From assembly GCF_009914755.1 (NCBI RefSeq), contig NC_060948.1: a DNA stretch of 64,000 nucleotides; one strand, written 5' to 3'. Numbering within the stretch: position 1 is the stretch's first letter; the number at the start of each line of letters is the position of its first letter. This DNA is from the human T2T-CHM13v2.0 reference genome, Homo sapiens. Of the stretch, positions 36,311-49,730 are shown piece after piece. The translations under genes and the position numbers were made by a program. The notes beneath the pieces were generated by a model. It was given only the letters and a program-made list of their open reading frames with translations. It did not search any database and was not told the origin of the DNA.

Positions 36311-39300
36311 TTGGGCTATGTCTTTAAGAGGATTTAGATTCCCATCAGTGGAAGGAGGATTCCACTGTGAGGGAGACCAGGATGAGCAGATGGGTACTGC
36401 AGGGGCCACAGGGGAGTCTTGGGTGCAGGCAGGTAGGGCAGATGGTAGGAGCCTTTGAAATCCAGTGAAATCCAGACAAAGAACTCTGGGCTTGACCAAG
36501 CAAGGTTGTTGTTGTTGTTCTTCTGTTTCTCCTCCTCTTTCTTCTCCTTTTCTTCTGGTAAGTTCTCTACAGCAAATTAAATAGGTTAATTTTTAACCTA
36601 TTTAATTTTCATGAACTTAGATTTCAGTAGGCACTGTGGCCAATGAGATGAGGAAGAAGTTCAGGCTAAAGTGTTTTTTATTCAGCTTACATTGGAGAGC
36701 CCTCAGTCCGGAGTGCACCACGCAACCTGGAGTTACTAAGGGCCTTTTGCACTATCTCTGCCTGTCTTCCAAATTGGGATTGAAAACTCCTCTCTTAATG
36801 GTGATTGTGCTCAGCATATTCTAACTGACTTATACGTGTTATTTTCCTTGGGACAAGAATTTTCTCTAAAATCTAGAATAGTAATACTAAATGGATTTAA
36901 TTATCTGCAGAAGAAAATAAGCTGATTAGAGTCTAAAGTAGCTCCGTCACTTAAGAAAGTCAATTTAATGAAGTGTGAGAACTGTTCATTGAGCAACTAC
37001 TATCCTCCAGACATTGTGGAAAGCAAAACAGCCTCCTCTTCTTACAGTGTTCCTGGTGATTCTCAGGCACAGAATAGGGAAATAAACGTGAGAACTTTTA
37101 TGTGCCCTTTAGTATATATAACGGGGTTATCTCAGTACTTTGTTATAGAAAGCCATAACTCATAACTCTGTTACCTACATAAGGGTTCTTTAGGCCTCAG
37201 TTTTGTCATCTATAAACCTCTCTTTATGGAGAGGCAGTAGAAATGAAATGAAAAAAATTGTAAAACTCACAAAACTTGACTTTTAGAAGGTGTCAACCAA
37301 TAGGAACTCGTATATTTTATTCACTGTAAAACTAACAAAAGACCTGATTTTTACTGGTACTTTATAAGACAAATCATAATATCAAGACATCTAAAATGTT
37401 TAATTTATTCTAAACAGTAAAACAGTTACTTTATTATTTTGTCCCCAACCTTCCATCCTAATAATACTAACAGTGCAATGAGCTTACTAATTGTCATGCA
37501 CTCCAGAGCATTTAATCCTCCCAATCTGTGAGGTCGGTACTGCAATGAACCCATTTTATAGATGAGAAAACTCTAGCACAAAAAGATTCATTCACATGGC
37601 CAGTCATGTAACTTTTAAAAATATTCCTTTGGTTTGCACTTCCTTGTATCTGAACAACCCTTCCCTTTCCATTCTCTGTAGGTTTCCTGACCAGTTGGCA
37701 GGTCAAGCCCAATCAAGGGAACTCTTTTCTTTTAAGCAGGTCACCTCTCTCTCTTCTCTTTGTTCCCACCTGCCTATCGGTGTCTCCGCACAGTGGAAAG
37801 CTGCTTGCTACCGCACTGGAAAACTTCTCCAGACGTTTCCAAGTTTGCATTCGACCGTCTCCTTTAGGGAATTGATTCAGTGAGGCCTAACCCTTTCTGA
37901 GAAAAGCCTTTGGGAGAAGAGGCCACAAGAAGGTAGTGGCACTCCTTTGTCATCAGGAGACATGGGGAGGAAATAAATGACTTTCTACAGCAGCTGGGTG
38001 AGGGGAAATGGAATCGCAGAATCTGCGGGAACGGTGTAGGTACAACGGCAGCTGCAGGCTGAACGGGCGAAAAGCCACCCTGCAAGATCTTTTCTGTTTC
38101 AACGATGAAGTGGACTCCCAACATGGAACAGGGAAGGGGGACTGTTACCAGACAGGTGACATTCGGTGCACGCACGAACAGGTCCTGTGCCCCATTCGGA
38201 GGGCAAGAAGGCAGCCACCCAGCAGAACATTACCTAGGGAACCAGATGGCACCTGCCTCTGCTCATCCCCACCTTCTTCCTCCCTAGGAAAAAGGAAGTC
38301 AAGCAATTGAAGAAACGGGGAAGTCTGTGACTCTAATCCCCAGCGACACAAAAACCTGTGCCATCAAAATAATTAGCAACGGATTTCTAAAAAACATTTG
38401 CTCAGGTTACAGAAAAAAAGAAATATTTTACACACTGCCTTGTCTCAGAAATAATCACAGTTAGGCCTCTTTGTAACCGGCGGGTCTTCCTTTCACACGC
38501 CATTTGCAGGCGCAGGACATGGTATTTGTAACTAATTTCCATTAGCAAGTGGGTCACTGGAATTCACAGTCAGGTGTCATTTTGAAAAGTGCTTCCCTCT
38601 ACCCAAATCTTTTATATTTCCAGATGCAGTTGCACTTCGGAGATGTCCTAGTGCTGGAAGCACTCCCTTAAAAATATAGTTTGATTTTTGAATTTTATCT
38701 TATGATGTTAGAGGTAATGGGACTATAGTCTTTGGAATTCAACACAGTCCTTCTTAGCAATCACTCTGACAATTTATGAATATAAAAAACAAGAAGGAAA
38801 AGAATTTCCTCATTGTCAGGCAGTAAGTCAATGGCAGAGCTTCAAATTGACTTATTTTGCTAAGAGGGAGCTATAAACTCCAGACAAATTACTCTACACC
38901 CAGAGTGTAGAGTACAATATTACCCTACACTCAATATTACTGTTGAGTGCCTACAAAAATTATGCTAATGAAACAATATGGATGTTACAAGGCTGAAAGT
39001 TTCTCTTTTAAAATCACTGAGGGTTGCTTTACCTTCTGCCAAAGGCAAGAGGAACGCCAGTGAGGAAGAGGTCCGGGGTGGGGCGCATAGGCCTCCACTG
39101 GTCTGAAAGCTGAGTCACAGGAATGATATCCCTGTAGCTGACCAGGCACTCCAGGGAGGGACACCGCGCCTTTGCGTGCGTATGTCCTCAGTAGGTAAAG
39201 CCAGTTTCTCAGTAAAACAATGCCTGTTACCCTAGGTATTACTCCGACCCTTAAATAATATGCACCAGTCCGCAAGAGCAATTTTTACGCTCCTGTTGTA

Positions 39301-39480
39301 AAAGGGGAAAATGCGTTTTGAAGGAAGTGTTGGAAGGTGCTTTGCTCATTTTATCTTTCGCCATCGTTGTGGTTAGGGGGCAATGGTGCACCTAGGGTGG
39401 CGTTGGGGCTCCCCAACCGCCCGGCAGCTTTCAGACGCCCTTCCGAGACGTGGAGCGAAAGACTTAAGCGGGCCTGTGGG

Positions 39481-39515
39481 TGACATCAACTCATTTACAT
39501 AGGAGGGCTATAAAG
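39481..39515 (+). promoter_or_regulatory. TATA-type promoter: CRE/AP-1-like TGACATCA (39481), octamer-like ATTTACAT (39493), TATAAAG (39509)
   Basis: Motifs are visible, and the TATA lies ~30 nt upstream of the segment homologous to the TMSB4X cap site. Confidence 0.65.
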
Positions 39516-39538
39516 TAGCGCCTGCCCATCCCGTCCTG

Positions 39539-39597
39539 GCAACTCCGCGGTGGACACTGTGTAGACTAGATTTCACTCCCTTACGCGCCTGGCTTAG
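39539..39597 (+). other. TMSB4Y: TMSB4X-homologous non-coding exon 1 with an intact donor AG|GTAAG
   Basis: gcaactccgcggtggacactgtgtagactagatttcactcccttacgcgcctggcttag resembles the recalled TMSB4X 5'UTR (ACAACTCGGTGGTGGCCACTGCGCAGACCAGACTTCGCTCG...GCGCCTCGCTTCG). GTAAG follows at 39598. Usage on Y is unknown. Confidence 0.65.
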
Positions 39598-39864
39598 GTA
39601 AGCCCCAGGGCCCCTGCATCCTTACTCCTTCTACCCTCCCCTTCATGCCGCGCTTGCCCCTTCATTATTCGCGTCCCTGTGAAGACATCCCCTAAAGCCA
39701 AGCCGAGTGATTATCCCCGGGAAAGCTGCCTTGGGGAGGTGGGGATGCGAAACACCCTAGATGCTGGGTAATGCGGTGGGGAAATCGATGATTTAAGAAC
39801 AAAGCAAATAAACCGGCGTTTATGTACTGCCGCTCGGAGGGTTCGTGTTAAAATTTCTTAGTGT

Positions 39865-40160
<296 letters not shown>

Positions 40161-40557
40161 TCAAAGGTATTGTGCGTTGTCTTGGAGGCTGAGATGTGGG
40201 AACAGACAGATCCTTTGTTCTGAGGCTCACTCATCTCCCGAGCCCCGAGCCGTCTCCCAGCCTCAGACGGCTCTGCGGGCTGCATCTGTGCAGCCTGGCA
40301 GCGGCGGCGCTGCGCTGTGACATTTTCACAGCCCTTCTTGCAGAGGCATGTGTGCTAGGGATGCCGAAATGCCGAGAGCGCCGGCAGGACTAGCTTCCGG
40401 GCCGCGCTTTGTGTGCTGGGCTGCAGTGTGGCGCGGGCGAGGAAGCTGGTAGGGCGGTTGTCGCAAGCTCCAGCTGCAGCCTCCGCCTACGTGAGAAGAC
40501 TAGAAAGCGGGCGCAGGACCAGGCCTGCGTTGTTTGCAGAGAGGCCGTGGCTACAAA

Positions 40558-40620
40558 ATGGAAGTGCTTTTGCGACCTGGGCTCCATTTTAGGAATTCTT
40601 GCCCGATTTTAACCACTTGA
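40558..40620 (+). CDS. 20-codon uORF MEVLLRPGLHFRNSCPILTT, encoding the HLA-A*33-restricted H-Y minor histocompatibility peptide EVLLRPGLHFR
   Basis: Translated by hand (too short for the ORF track). Strong Kozak context AAAATGG. The peptide starts 405 nt upstream of the TMSB4Y ATG and matches the recalled TMSB4Y 5'UTR-derived epitope. Confidence 0.85.
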   Translation: MEVLLRPGLHFRNSCPILTT

Positions 40621-40773
40621 ACGCGGAAGTGGCTTTCCTATTCTCTTCCAAGCCAGCCTTTAATTTTAAACGCTGTAATTAACAGTTCACAGGGGTCAAA
40701 TTCCTTTATTCCGGAACATTCCACTTTGAGAGGGATCTGTCCTCTTTGGTCCCCTGCGTTTTCAAATATTTGA

Positions 40774-41515
<742 letters not shown>

Positions 41516-41740
41516 TAGGGCGATCCTTAAGGGGGAAGGTTGCATGAACACAGGGTTCATTAATTTAATAATGCAATATTTAATGCGCTATAATAATATA
41601 CAAACACATTTATCACTGAAAATGTACGGCTATTTAATATACTCAATATACATTTTTTATTTGATTATGACATGCCTAGCTAGGTACACTTGCAGAACGT
41701 TTAGGATATGACAAGATGTTGCAAATGAAAGCCCCTTAAT

Positions 41741-41816
41741 TCCATATTAGGCTGTACTGAAACCCCTTAATCATCCCATCCATATTAGGCTGTACTGAAA
41801 CCCCTTAATCATCCCA
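41741..41816 (+). repeat. Perfect 38-bp tandem duplication near the intron 3' end
   Basis: tccatattaggctgtactgaaaccccttaatcatccca at 41741-41778 and 41779-41816. Confidence 0.95.
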
Positions 41817-41854
41817 CTCCATCTTTTTCCTTTTCTGTTTTTTTCTGGTCGCAG

Positions 41855-41889
41855 CTATCGAACAGGAGAGGCAAGCAGGCGAATCTTAA
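41855..41889 (+). CDS. TMSB4Y: Thymosin beta-4, Y-linked, coding exon B (TIEQERQAGES*)
   Basis: Polypyrimidine tract and CAG acceptor at 41852-41854. Phase-1 join gives ACT (Thr). 100+35 nt = 44 aa plus TAA; the intron is 789 nt. Confidence 0.97.
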
Positions 41890-42399
41890 ACAGGCATGTG
41901 CCACCAATATCTACTGTACATTCTACAAGCATTGCTTTCTTATTTTACTTCTTTTACTTGTTTAACTTGGTTAGATGCAAACACGTTGGATGAGTTTGAA
42001 AGGACTATGCTGCCCTTTTGACATCAAAGACCTGCTGACAATGGAGGCCACGCCTGCTTCTCCCATCGCCTGTCTGGCTGGCAGGGAAGGAAAATAGCTT
42101 GAATGTTGGTGAAAGACTTAGCGGAGTGGGAGGGCAGTGAAATCTAGAGTAAAACCAAGTTGGGCCAAGTGTCCTGCAGAATCTAAAATGAAGTTTAATC
42201 AGCGTGCCATTTTTGTTGTTGTTTGAAAGATTTTAATTTTTGGAATGCACAGTTTTTATTTAAAAAAGACATTTTTAAACCACTGCTTGTGAGATTGCTT
42301 GTTGATTGGAAAGAGTGTTTTATTCACCATTTAAACGTTTGCAAAGTGGCGTGCCCCTTGGCCTCACAGGCAAAGAATAACTTAAAAGCTGACGATTTG

Positions 42400-42405
42400 A
42401 ATAAA
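42400..42405 (+). terminator. Candidate proximal polyadenylation signal AATAAA
   Basis: First canonical hexamer I found after the TMSB4Y stop codon. Confidence 0.45.
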
Positions 42406-42631
42406 TTATGTTACAGTATGAAATATGTTTTACCTGGATATGTAAAATACCTTCTTTATTCTAGCTAATTGGGAGATGATTTTTTTTGGCTAATTGAGAT
42501 TACCTTTAGATTATGTTTTCAAAACTGGCTTATACTGTAATCTACAACTAATAAGCACTAATTTAGAGTTCAGCTATATTGTTGCATGTAGTGAGAAGGG
42601 ACTTAATTACAAACTTAAGACGTAAGTGTGC

Positions 42632-42637
42632 AATAAA
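42632..42637 (+). terminator. Candidate distal polyadenylation signal AATAAA
   Basis: Canonical hexamer with T/GT-rich sequence 35-80 nt downstream. Confidence 0.55.
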
Positions 42638-43161
42638 GTAAGCTAAGAAGAAAATATGCTTCTAAGACCTGTATTTACTTGGTTTATATTTTCCTTAGCT
42701 TTTTATGTAACGTTTTATCTGTGGTCACATTGACATGCTTGGGCTATCCCTACTCCTGGCTTCTGAGACCGGTGGGCAGGGTTCATGCATGCACTGTGCG
42801 CGTGCACTCTTCATTGTGGGCATGCACTGTGTACTCTTCCTTCTATTTCCCAAAGTGCCTCACATAGTAATGGACATACATGATGGCTTTAATATACACT
42901 TTGCCCCCGTAGTTGTTGGAGAGTTATTAAACATGCTTCTTTTGAGGTCCCTTTGAACACATGCATATCATGTGAAATAGTACAATATTAAATATATTTT
43001 TAAAATGTATTTACACAGGAATTTGCCACTGTTTTTGATTGTGCTGATTTGAATCAATACGTATAGTCAATTATATACTATTATATATTATTAGTCCAGA
43101 GCATTAGATCATTAGTTCATTCAGCCAGTATTTATTGAGTGCCTCCAACATGACAGGTATC

Positions 43162-43449
43162 TTTTTTTTGAGACGGAGTTTTGCTCTGTCGCTTGGGCTA
43201 GAGTCTAGTGATGCGATCTCGGCTCACTGCAACCTCCGCCTCCCGGTTCAAGCAATTCTCCTGCTTCAGCCTCCTGAGTAACTGGGATTACAGGCTGCAC
43301 CACCATGCTGGGCTAATTTTTGTATTTTTAGTAGAGAGAGGGTTTCACCACCTTGGCTAGACTGGTCTTGAACTCCTGACCTCAGGTGATCCACCTGCCT
43401 TGGCCACCCAAAGTGCTGGGATTACAGGCCTGAGCCACTTTGCCTGGCC
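43162..43449 (-). mobile_element. AluS-type SINE
   Basis: Reverse-complement Alu with a T-tail. Confidence 0.9.
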
Positions 43450-43576
43450 CATGCCAGCTATTTTTATATGCCATAAGAAATACAGCCTTAACTAAAAAGA
43501 TAGTATCTTACATTGTGTTTCCTTCATCAGCTAGAAGATGTCCTTTTCCTCTAAATCTGATTATGAACGTTTTTAT

Positions 43577-43882
43577 ATTTATTTTAGTTATTTATTTTTG
43601 TGAGATGGAGTCTTGCTCTGTCACCCAGGCTGGAGTGCAGTGGTGCGATCTTGGCTCATTCCAAGCTCCGTCTACCTGTTCAAACTATTCTCTTGCTTCA
43701 GCCTCCTGCATAGCTGGGACTACAGGCGCTCAACCACGAAGCACAGCTAATTTTTGTATTTTTAGTAGAGATGGTATTTCTCCATGTTGGCCAGGCTGGT
43801 CTCGAACTCTTGACCTCAGGTGATCCACCCGCCTTGGCCTCCCAAAGTGCTGGGATTACAGGCTTGAGTCACTGCACCCAGC
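43577..43882 (-). mobile_element. AluS-type SINE
   Basis: Reverse Alu flanked by tgaa(c/t)gtttttata direct repeats. Confidence 0.9.
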
Positions 43883-46101
43883 TGAATGTTTTTATAAAGG
43901 TATCTAAAATTATTATATCCAGATTTCTCCAAAGCTCAATGGTCAATGAATTCTGATGGAAACCAACTGATGACTTGCATTGCAGTAAAATATTTTATGA
44001 GCATACACAAATTGGACATTATAACTGTTGTCTGATATCTTCCAAGAATTCTGAGGAATGCTCCAGATCTAGAAGTGAGTGGAATGGATGGATGCCATTT
44101 TAAAATCTTTTACTAAGACTTTGTTATGTAGATGTTGTATTTTTTGAAGAACACTTTCCTGGTAAATTCTTGCCATTCTTGTGTTAGTCTTGTGGGATTG
44201 TTGTGGGCAAAAACAGTAGCTCACATGTTAAAGTCCTTCAAAGAACTTAGAAAAATAATAAAACCACGTGGATAATTTGGTCACTTTTTTGTAGGATTTT
44301 ACAATTTTGAACCTTGGCTAGAGGAGCAAGTTATGGTTGTGATCCACTGAAGGCATTAGAGCTATTCCTGTCACATTATTATCAAACAGGAAATTATGTC
44401 TTTCTTCATTACCATATTGAGCTTTTAAGTTGCTGATATCCTTTAGCTACATGAACACCTCATGATAATGTCCCAATTTAGAAATAAAAATATTTCATGA
44501 AAATATAATATTTATAATAGTTAATATAATATACAGTATGTAATATATATTATAGTTCTTATAATGTTTACATATATAATATTAAGTTATTAGTATATCA
44601 TGTAATTCATTATTAATTAATATTATACTTAATTATTCCAATATACTATGCATATAGCACTATCTGGTGATTTTAACCTAAAATAATGACTTCGTTAGAG
44701 GATGGAAAAAGTCACTATTTACTCAAGAAACATTAAGCACATACTGTGTGCCTTGCTGTTTTCCAGTTGCCATGAATAGAAAGATGAACAAGACTTGAGC
44801 CTAGTCTTGGTCTAGTCAGAAAGACAGACCTGTGTATGTGAATAACTATGCACAGCATGAATCATGTATCTGCTCATTACCCAACAACTATACATTGAGT
44901 TTCTGTTTTGTAAGATGTTGGGCAGGGAGATAAATGAGAACTATACTGTGAAGGGTATGTCCCTGGCTAAGAAATTTGAAAGTTATTCTTAGGTAATTGG
45001 AAGATAACAAAAGTAAAATCCTTTCATCCACATGAGGCAGCTGGTATACTATTTCTGTTTAAAAATGAGTTTACAAGAAAGGAGGGCAAGGAAGAAACTA
45101 TCCATATTTGTCATTAAACAAGCAGATTAGTACCCTCTGTTATAATAACAATATGAGGTGGTAATACATCCTTTATTAGTATTTCTTAGTTCACATTTCA
45201 ATAAGACAGGCTGTAACACATACACAGTATACTTTTCATGGCCATTGCTATCAGTTTTAATAGAGATGTGGAAATAACACCTATAAACACCTCAGAAATA
45301 ACATCAGTGGTTTGAAACCAGTTGTATGTTTGCTATCATTATGGAGATAAATAACAGAAGAGTAAATAGATTTCAAATTACTAAATTATATATATTTTTG
45401 GCAGAATCATTGACGTATACAGTTTCTTAGACTATATCTGTACATTAAAAACTTAACAGCAACTGTATTGTCAATTTGAAATCAATATATCTTCTAGATG
45501 AGGCAAAATTTTCTGGTGGTTGAAGTCGTAAATTGGTGGGCAGGAACATTTTACTAAAAAGGTAGATTTGTAAAAGGAAGGGAAAATTAAAGTTTTGCAT
45601 ATTAATCAGAAAGTTGCTCCATGATATAAGAGGTGATACGGAAAATCTTATAGGATCCCTAAGTGAGTACACACAAAAGGTCAGGGATTGGAGATAACAT
45701 CGAAGGTTTGGACTCAGTTGTATGTTTGCTATGATTATGGAGATAAATAACATGGGTAACCATATAATAAAACACTTCTGGTAAAATAAATGTATACTCT
45801 AATAAAGGGAAGATATACTGTGAGGGCAAGTCCGAAAAGTTAGAAAAAATATTAATGGGTTAAAGAAGAATATAAACTGGATTATTTGAAGAAAGCATTG
45901 TAATGCAACCCTGAACTCATCATTTTAAGAATTATTGATAATTTAAACTAGGAATCCAAATTCTTACATGCAAACATAAATTCTTAAAGCATCATATAAG
46001 CCTAAGGTAATTCTCTAAAGTTCCATTAAGGTTCCTCTTTAGAAGTTCAGTGTTACAAAAGAGATGCATGAATACATTCAGGCATTAAGAACAAACATAT
46101 T

Positions 46102-46374
46102 TTCTGGGCATGGTGGCTCATGCCTATAATCCCAGCACTTCAGGAGGCTGAGTCGGACACATCACGAGATCTTGCCCATCCTGACCAACATGGTGAAACC
46201 CTGTCTCTACTAAAAATACAAGAACTAGCTGGTAGTGGTGGCACATGCCTGTAGTCCCAGCTACTCAGGAGGCTGAGGCAGGAGAGTCGCTTGAACCCAA
46301 GAGGTGGAGGTTGAAGTGAGCCGAGATTGCACTATTGCACACTCCAGCCTGGTAATGGAGCAAGACTCTGTCTC

Positions 46375-46400
<26 letters not shown>
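46102..46400 (+). mobile_element. AluS-type SINE
   Basis: TSD aagaacaa(a/t)catatt at 46087-46101 and 46401-46415; (GAAAA)n tail. Confidence 0.9.
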
Positions 46401-46405
<5 letters not shown>

Positions 46406-47079
46406 CAATCATATTGGCGTGTAGTGTATGGGCCTTCATCCTATTAGGACTTTTTTTCTGATATAGGTCATGAAGTTTCCTAACAGGAGGGTGGGATACC
46501 AGAGTGAATTCATTTAAGTCTTCAACCAGGTTTCAAAGAATTAATTCTTCAAATGAAAGAAAGAGGTAAATCCAAAGTTGAATCTAATTCACACATTTAG
46601 AACCATCTCCATAAAAAGTAACTCCACACTTTTGGCCATATTTCTTTGAAATAACTGTGGTTTATTTTGTTCCTGTTCCTCTCCTAGATACTGACATCTA
46701 GTAATGAGCAGAATCTAAGCATTTAGCTGTACCAATTTTGGTTCATTATCATCTTCTTTGCAGGCTAAGTATTTCCATTGAAGTTTGATTAGGGTGTGAG
46801 GGTGATTTTGGGCTTTGCATCATAGGACCAGCTGAATGATAACTGTGGAGGCCTGCACTTACCTAAGGAAAGAAGGATGAGGTAGACAAGGCAGCGTGGT
46901 AGCCAAATTAGACAAAGGGCTATCATTATAAAACTTACTGCCCCATCCCATTGTTATGACAATTTCAGCCATATCCAAAGCATAGGTTTCAAACAACAGG
47001 TCATGCTTCTTTACAATGTCAGGAAATCAGTTGGTTCTTGTCAGCATTAAAAACAAAAATACAATTAGTGCATGACAAG

Positions 47080-49730
47080 TAAAATAGAGGGTAAAAAACC
47101 CACAGAGAAAATAAATTTAATGAAATGTTTCTTCAAAAAGTTTTTAAAAATTGAAAAATCATTATCTGGATTGTCTAAGAAAAAATGGAAAACTAAAAAG
47201 AAAGCAGGACATTACTACCAATTTTACAGAAAGCAAAGATTATAAAACAATACTGTGAACAATTATAGCCATACAAATTGGATGACCCAGAAGAAATAGA
47301 CAAATTCCTAGAAACATACAAGTTACCAAGAATAATTCATAAAGAAATAGAAACTCTGAATATACCTATAATTAGTAAGGAAATAAGAGTCAATAAACAA
47401 AAGCACATGCATGTGTGCATACATGGACACAAGTTTGGGAACAAAGGGATTCACTGACAAATTCTACCAAGTATTTAAAGTAATATTAACATCAATCCTT
47501 TTGAAATGCTTCCAAAAATTAAAAATTAAAAAAGGAACACTTTCAAATTCACATTATGAGGCTGTGACCCTTATACTAAGGCCAGACCAAGATACTATGA
47601 GAAAACTACAAGCCAATATTTTTGGTGAGGATTGTTGCAGAAACCCTCAACAAAATATTGGCAAATCAAATTTACTATCACATTAAATCCCAGCACAAAC
47701 AAGTAGGTTTTATTCTTGGACCAGAAGGATGGTTCAATATACCAAAAATTAATAGAGTGAAAAGAAAAAATTGTTCTTTTATGATTGTTTCAATTGATGC
47801 AGGAAAATGATTTTAAAGAATTTAGCACCCTTTCAGGACTAAAAAACAAACTAACTATAAATTTGGAACAAAAGAAAACTACCTCAACATAATGAATGTC
47901 ATATTTACAAATCCTGTAGCTAACATTATTCTCAATAATGCAAGACTGAAACCTTTTCTTTTAAGATAAACAACGAGACAAGGAATTCTGCTTTTGTCAC
48001 TTCTATTCAACAAAATATGAGTACTAGAATTTCTAGCTGGAGCAATTAGTCAAGAAAAGGAAATAAAAGTCATTCAAGTAAGAAATGAAGAAATGAGTAA
48101 AACTCTTTTTTCACAAACAACATAATCTTAAGGTAGAAATCCCTTTATAAAGATTCCACTCCCTAAAATGTCAGTAGTAAACAATTCATCAAAGTCACAG
48201 AATACAAAGTCAGTATACACAATTAGTTTCTTCTGGGTGTGTGGTTCACACCTGTAATCTCAGCACTTTGGGAGGCAAGGGTGGGTGGATGGCTTGAGCT
48301 CAGCAGTTCAAGACCATTTTGCATGATATGGCTTGGCTCTGTGTCTCCACCCAAATTTCATCTCAATTTGTAATCCCCGTGTATCAAGAGAGGAAGGCGA
48401 TTGGATCATTGGGGTGGTTTCTCTCATGCTGCTTTTGTGATAGTGATGAGTTCTCAAAAGATCTGATTTTTTTTTATAAGTGTCTGACATTTCCCCTGTT
48501 TGCATACTTCCTCCTGCCACCATATGAAAAAGGTCCTTGCTTCCCCTTTGCCTTCTGCCATGATTGTAAGTTTACTGAGGTCTCCCTAGCCATGTGGAAC
48601 TATGAGTCAATTAAACCTTTTTGCTTAATAAATTACCCTGTCTCGGGTGTTCTTTATAGCAGTATGAAAATGGACTAATACGCTGGACCAAATGACAAAA
48701 TGCCATCTCTACAAATAATACAAAAAATTAGTTGGATGTGGTGATATGTGCCTGTGGTCCCAACTACCTGGAAGTCTGAGGTGAGAGGATCACTTGAGCC
48801 CAGGAGGCAGAGGCTGCAATGAGCCAAGGTAGAGCCACTGCACTCCAGCATGGGTGACACAGCAAGACTCTGTCTCCAAAAATATAATAATAATTATAAT
48901 AAAAGATAATAATGTTTTTGTATACTAACAATGAACAATCTTAGTAAGAAATTTTTAAAAAACAATGCCAGTTTAGCCAATAAGTAAATGAAAACTTGCT
49001 AAGCATCACTAATCATCAGAGAAATACAAATGAAAACCAACCACGATGATATATTAACTCATACCTGTTAGAATGCCTATCATTAAAAGAAAAATTGATA
49101 ATGCTAACTAGAATGTGAAGAAAAGACAATCCTTGCACACTGTTGGTGTGAATGGAAGTTAGTAGAGCAATTATGGAAGACAGCTTGGGAGTTCCTCAAA
49201 AACCGAAAATTGAACTATCACGTAGTCCAGCAATCCCACTACTAGGTATATGCCACACAGAAACAAATCCAGTACATCACAGAGATATCTTCACTCTTAA
49301 TATTCATTGCAGCATTATTCATAATAACCAAGATATAGAAACAACCTAGGTAACACTAGATAAATGTATAAAGAAAATGTGATTTACATATACAATGGAA
49401 TACAGTATGACAGTTCCTCAGAATAGTAAACATTAAGTTATGATATGGTCCAAGAATTTCACTTCTAAGCATACACACAAAATCATTGAAATCAGGGGCT
49501 TAAGCAGATATTTGTGCATGTATGTTCATAGCACCATTAACAGCAGCCAAAAGATGGAAGCCTAAATGTCCATCAATAGAGGAGTCGAAGAATTATGGCC
49601 TTTCCATTCAATGGAATATTGTTAGCCTTTAAAAAAATGCTGAAACATGGACAAACCTTCAGATATTATGCACTGTAAAATAGGCCAGTATGCAAAGACA
49701 CACATTATGTGATTCTATTTATACACATAC
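47080..49730 (+). mobile_element. Old L1M ORF2 and 3' fragments
   Basis: Degenerate ORF2 peptides ([34 protein letters not shown]); interrupted by an Alu and a THE1. Confidence 0.75.
48234..48900 (+). mobile_element. AluJ-like SINE interrupted by a THE1/MST MaLR solo LTR (48324-48682)
   Basis: The Alu left arm stops at agttcaagacca. The LTR TGATATGGCTTGGCTCTGTGTC...GGACTAATAC follows, then the Alu resumes (ccatctctacaaa). Confidence 0.85.

Noticed and set aside
37864-38351. Cluster of overlapping 60-103 aa ORFs upstream of TMSB4Y
   Set aside because: No recognisable homology or exon structure; consistent with chance ORFs in moderately GC-rich sequence.
44495-44655. Very AT-rich stretch
   Set aside because: Low-complexity degenerate TA repeat with no further structure evident.
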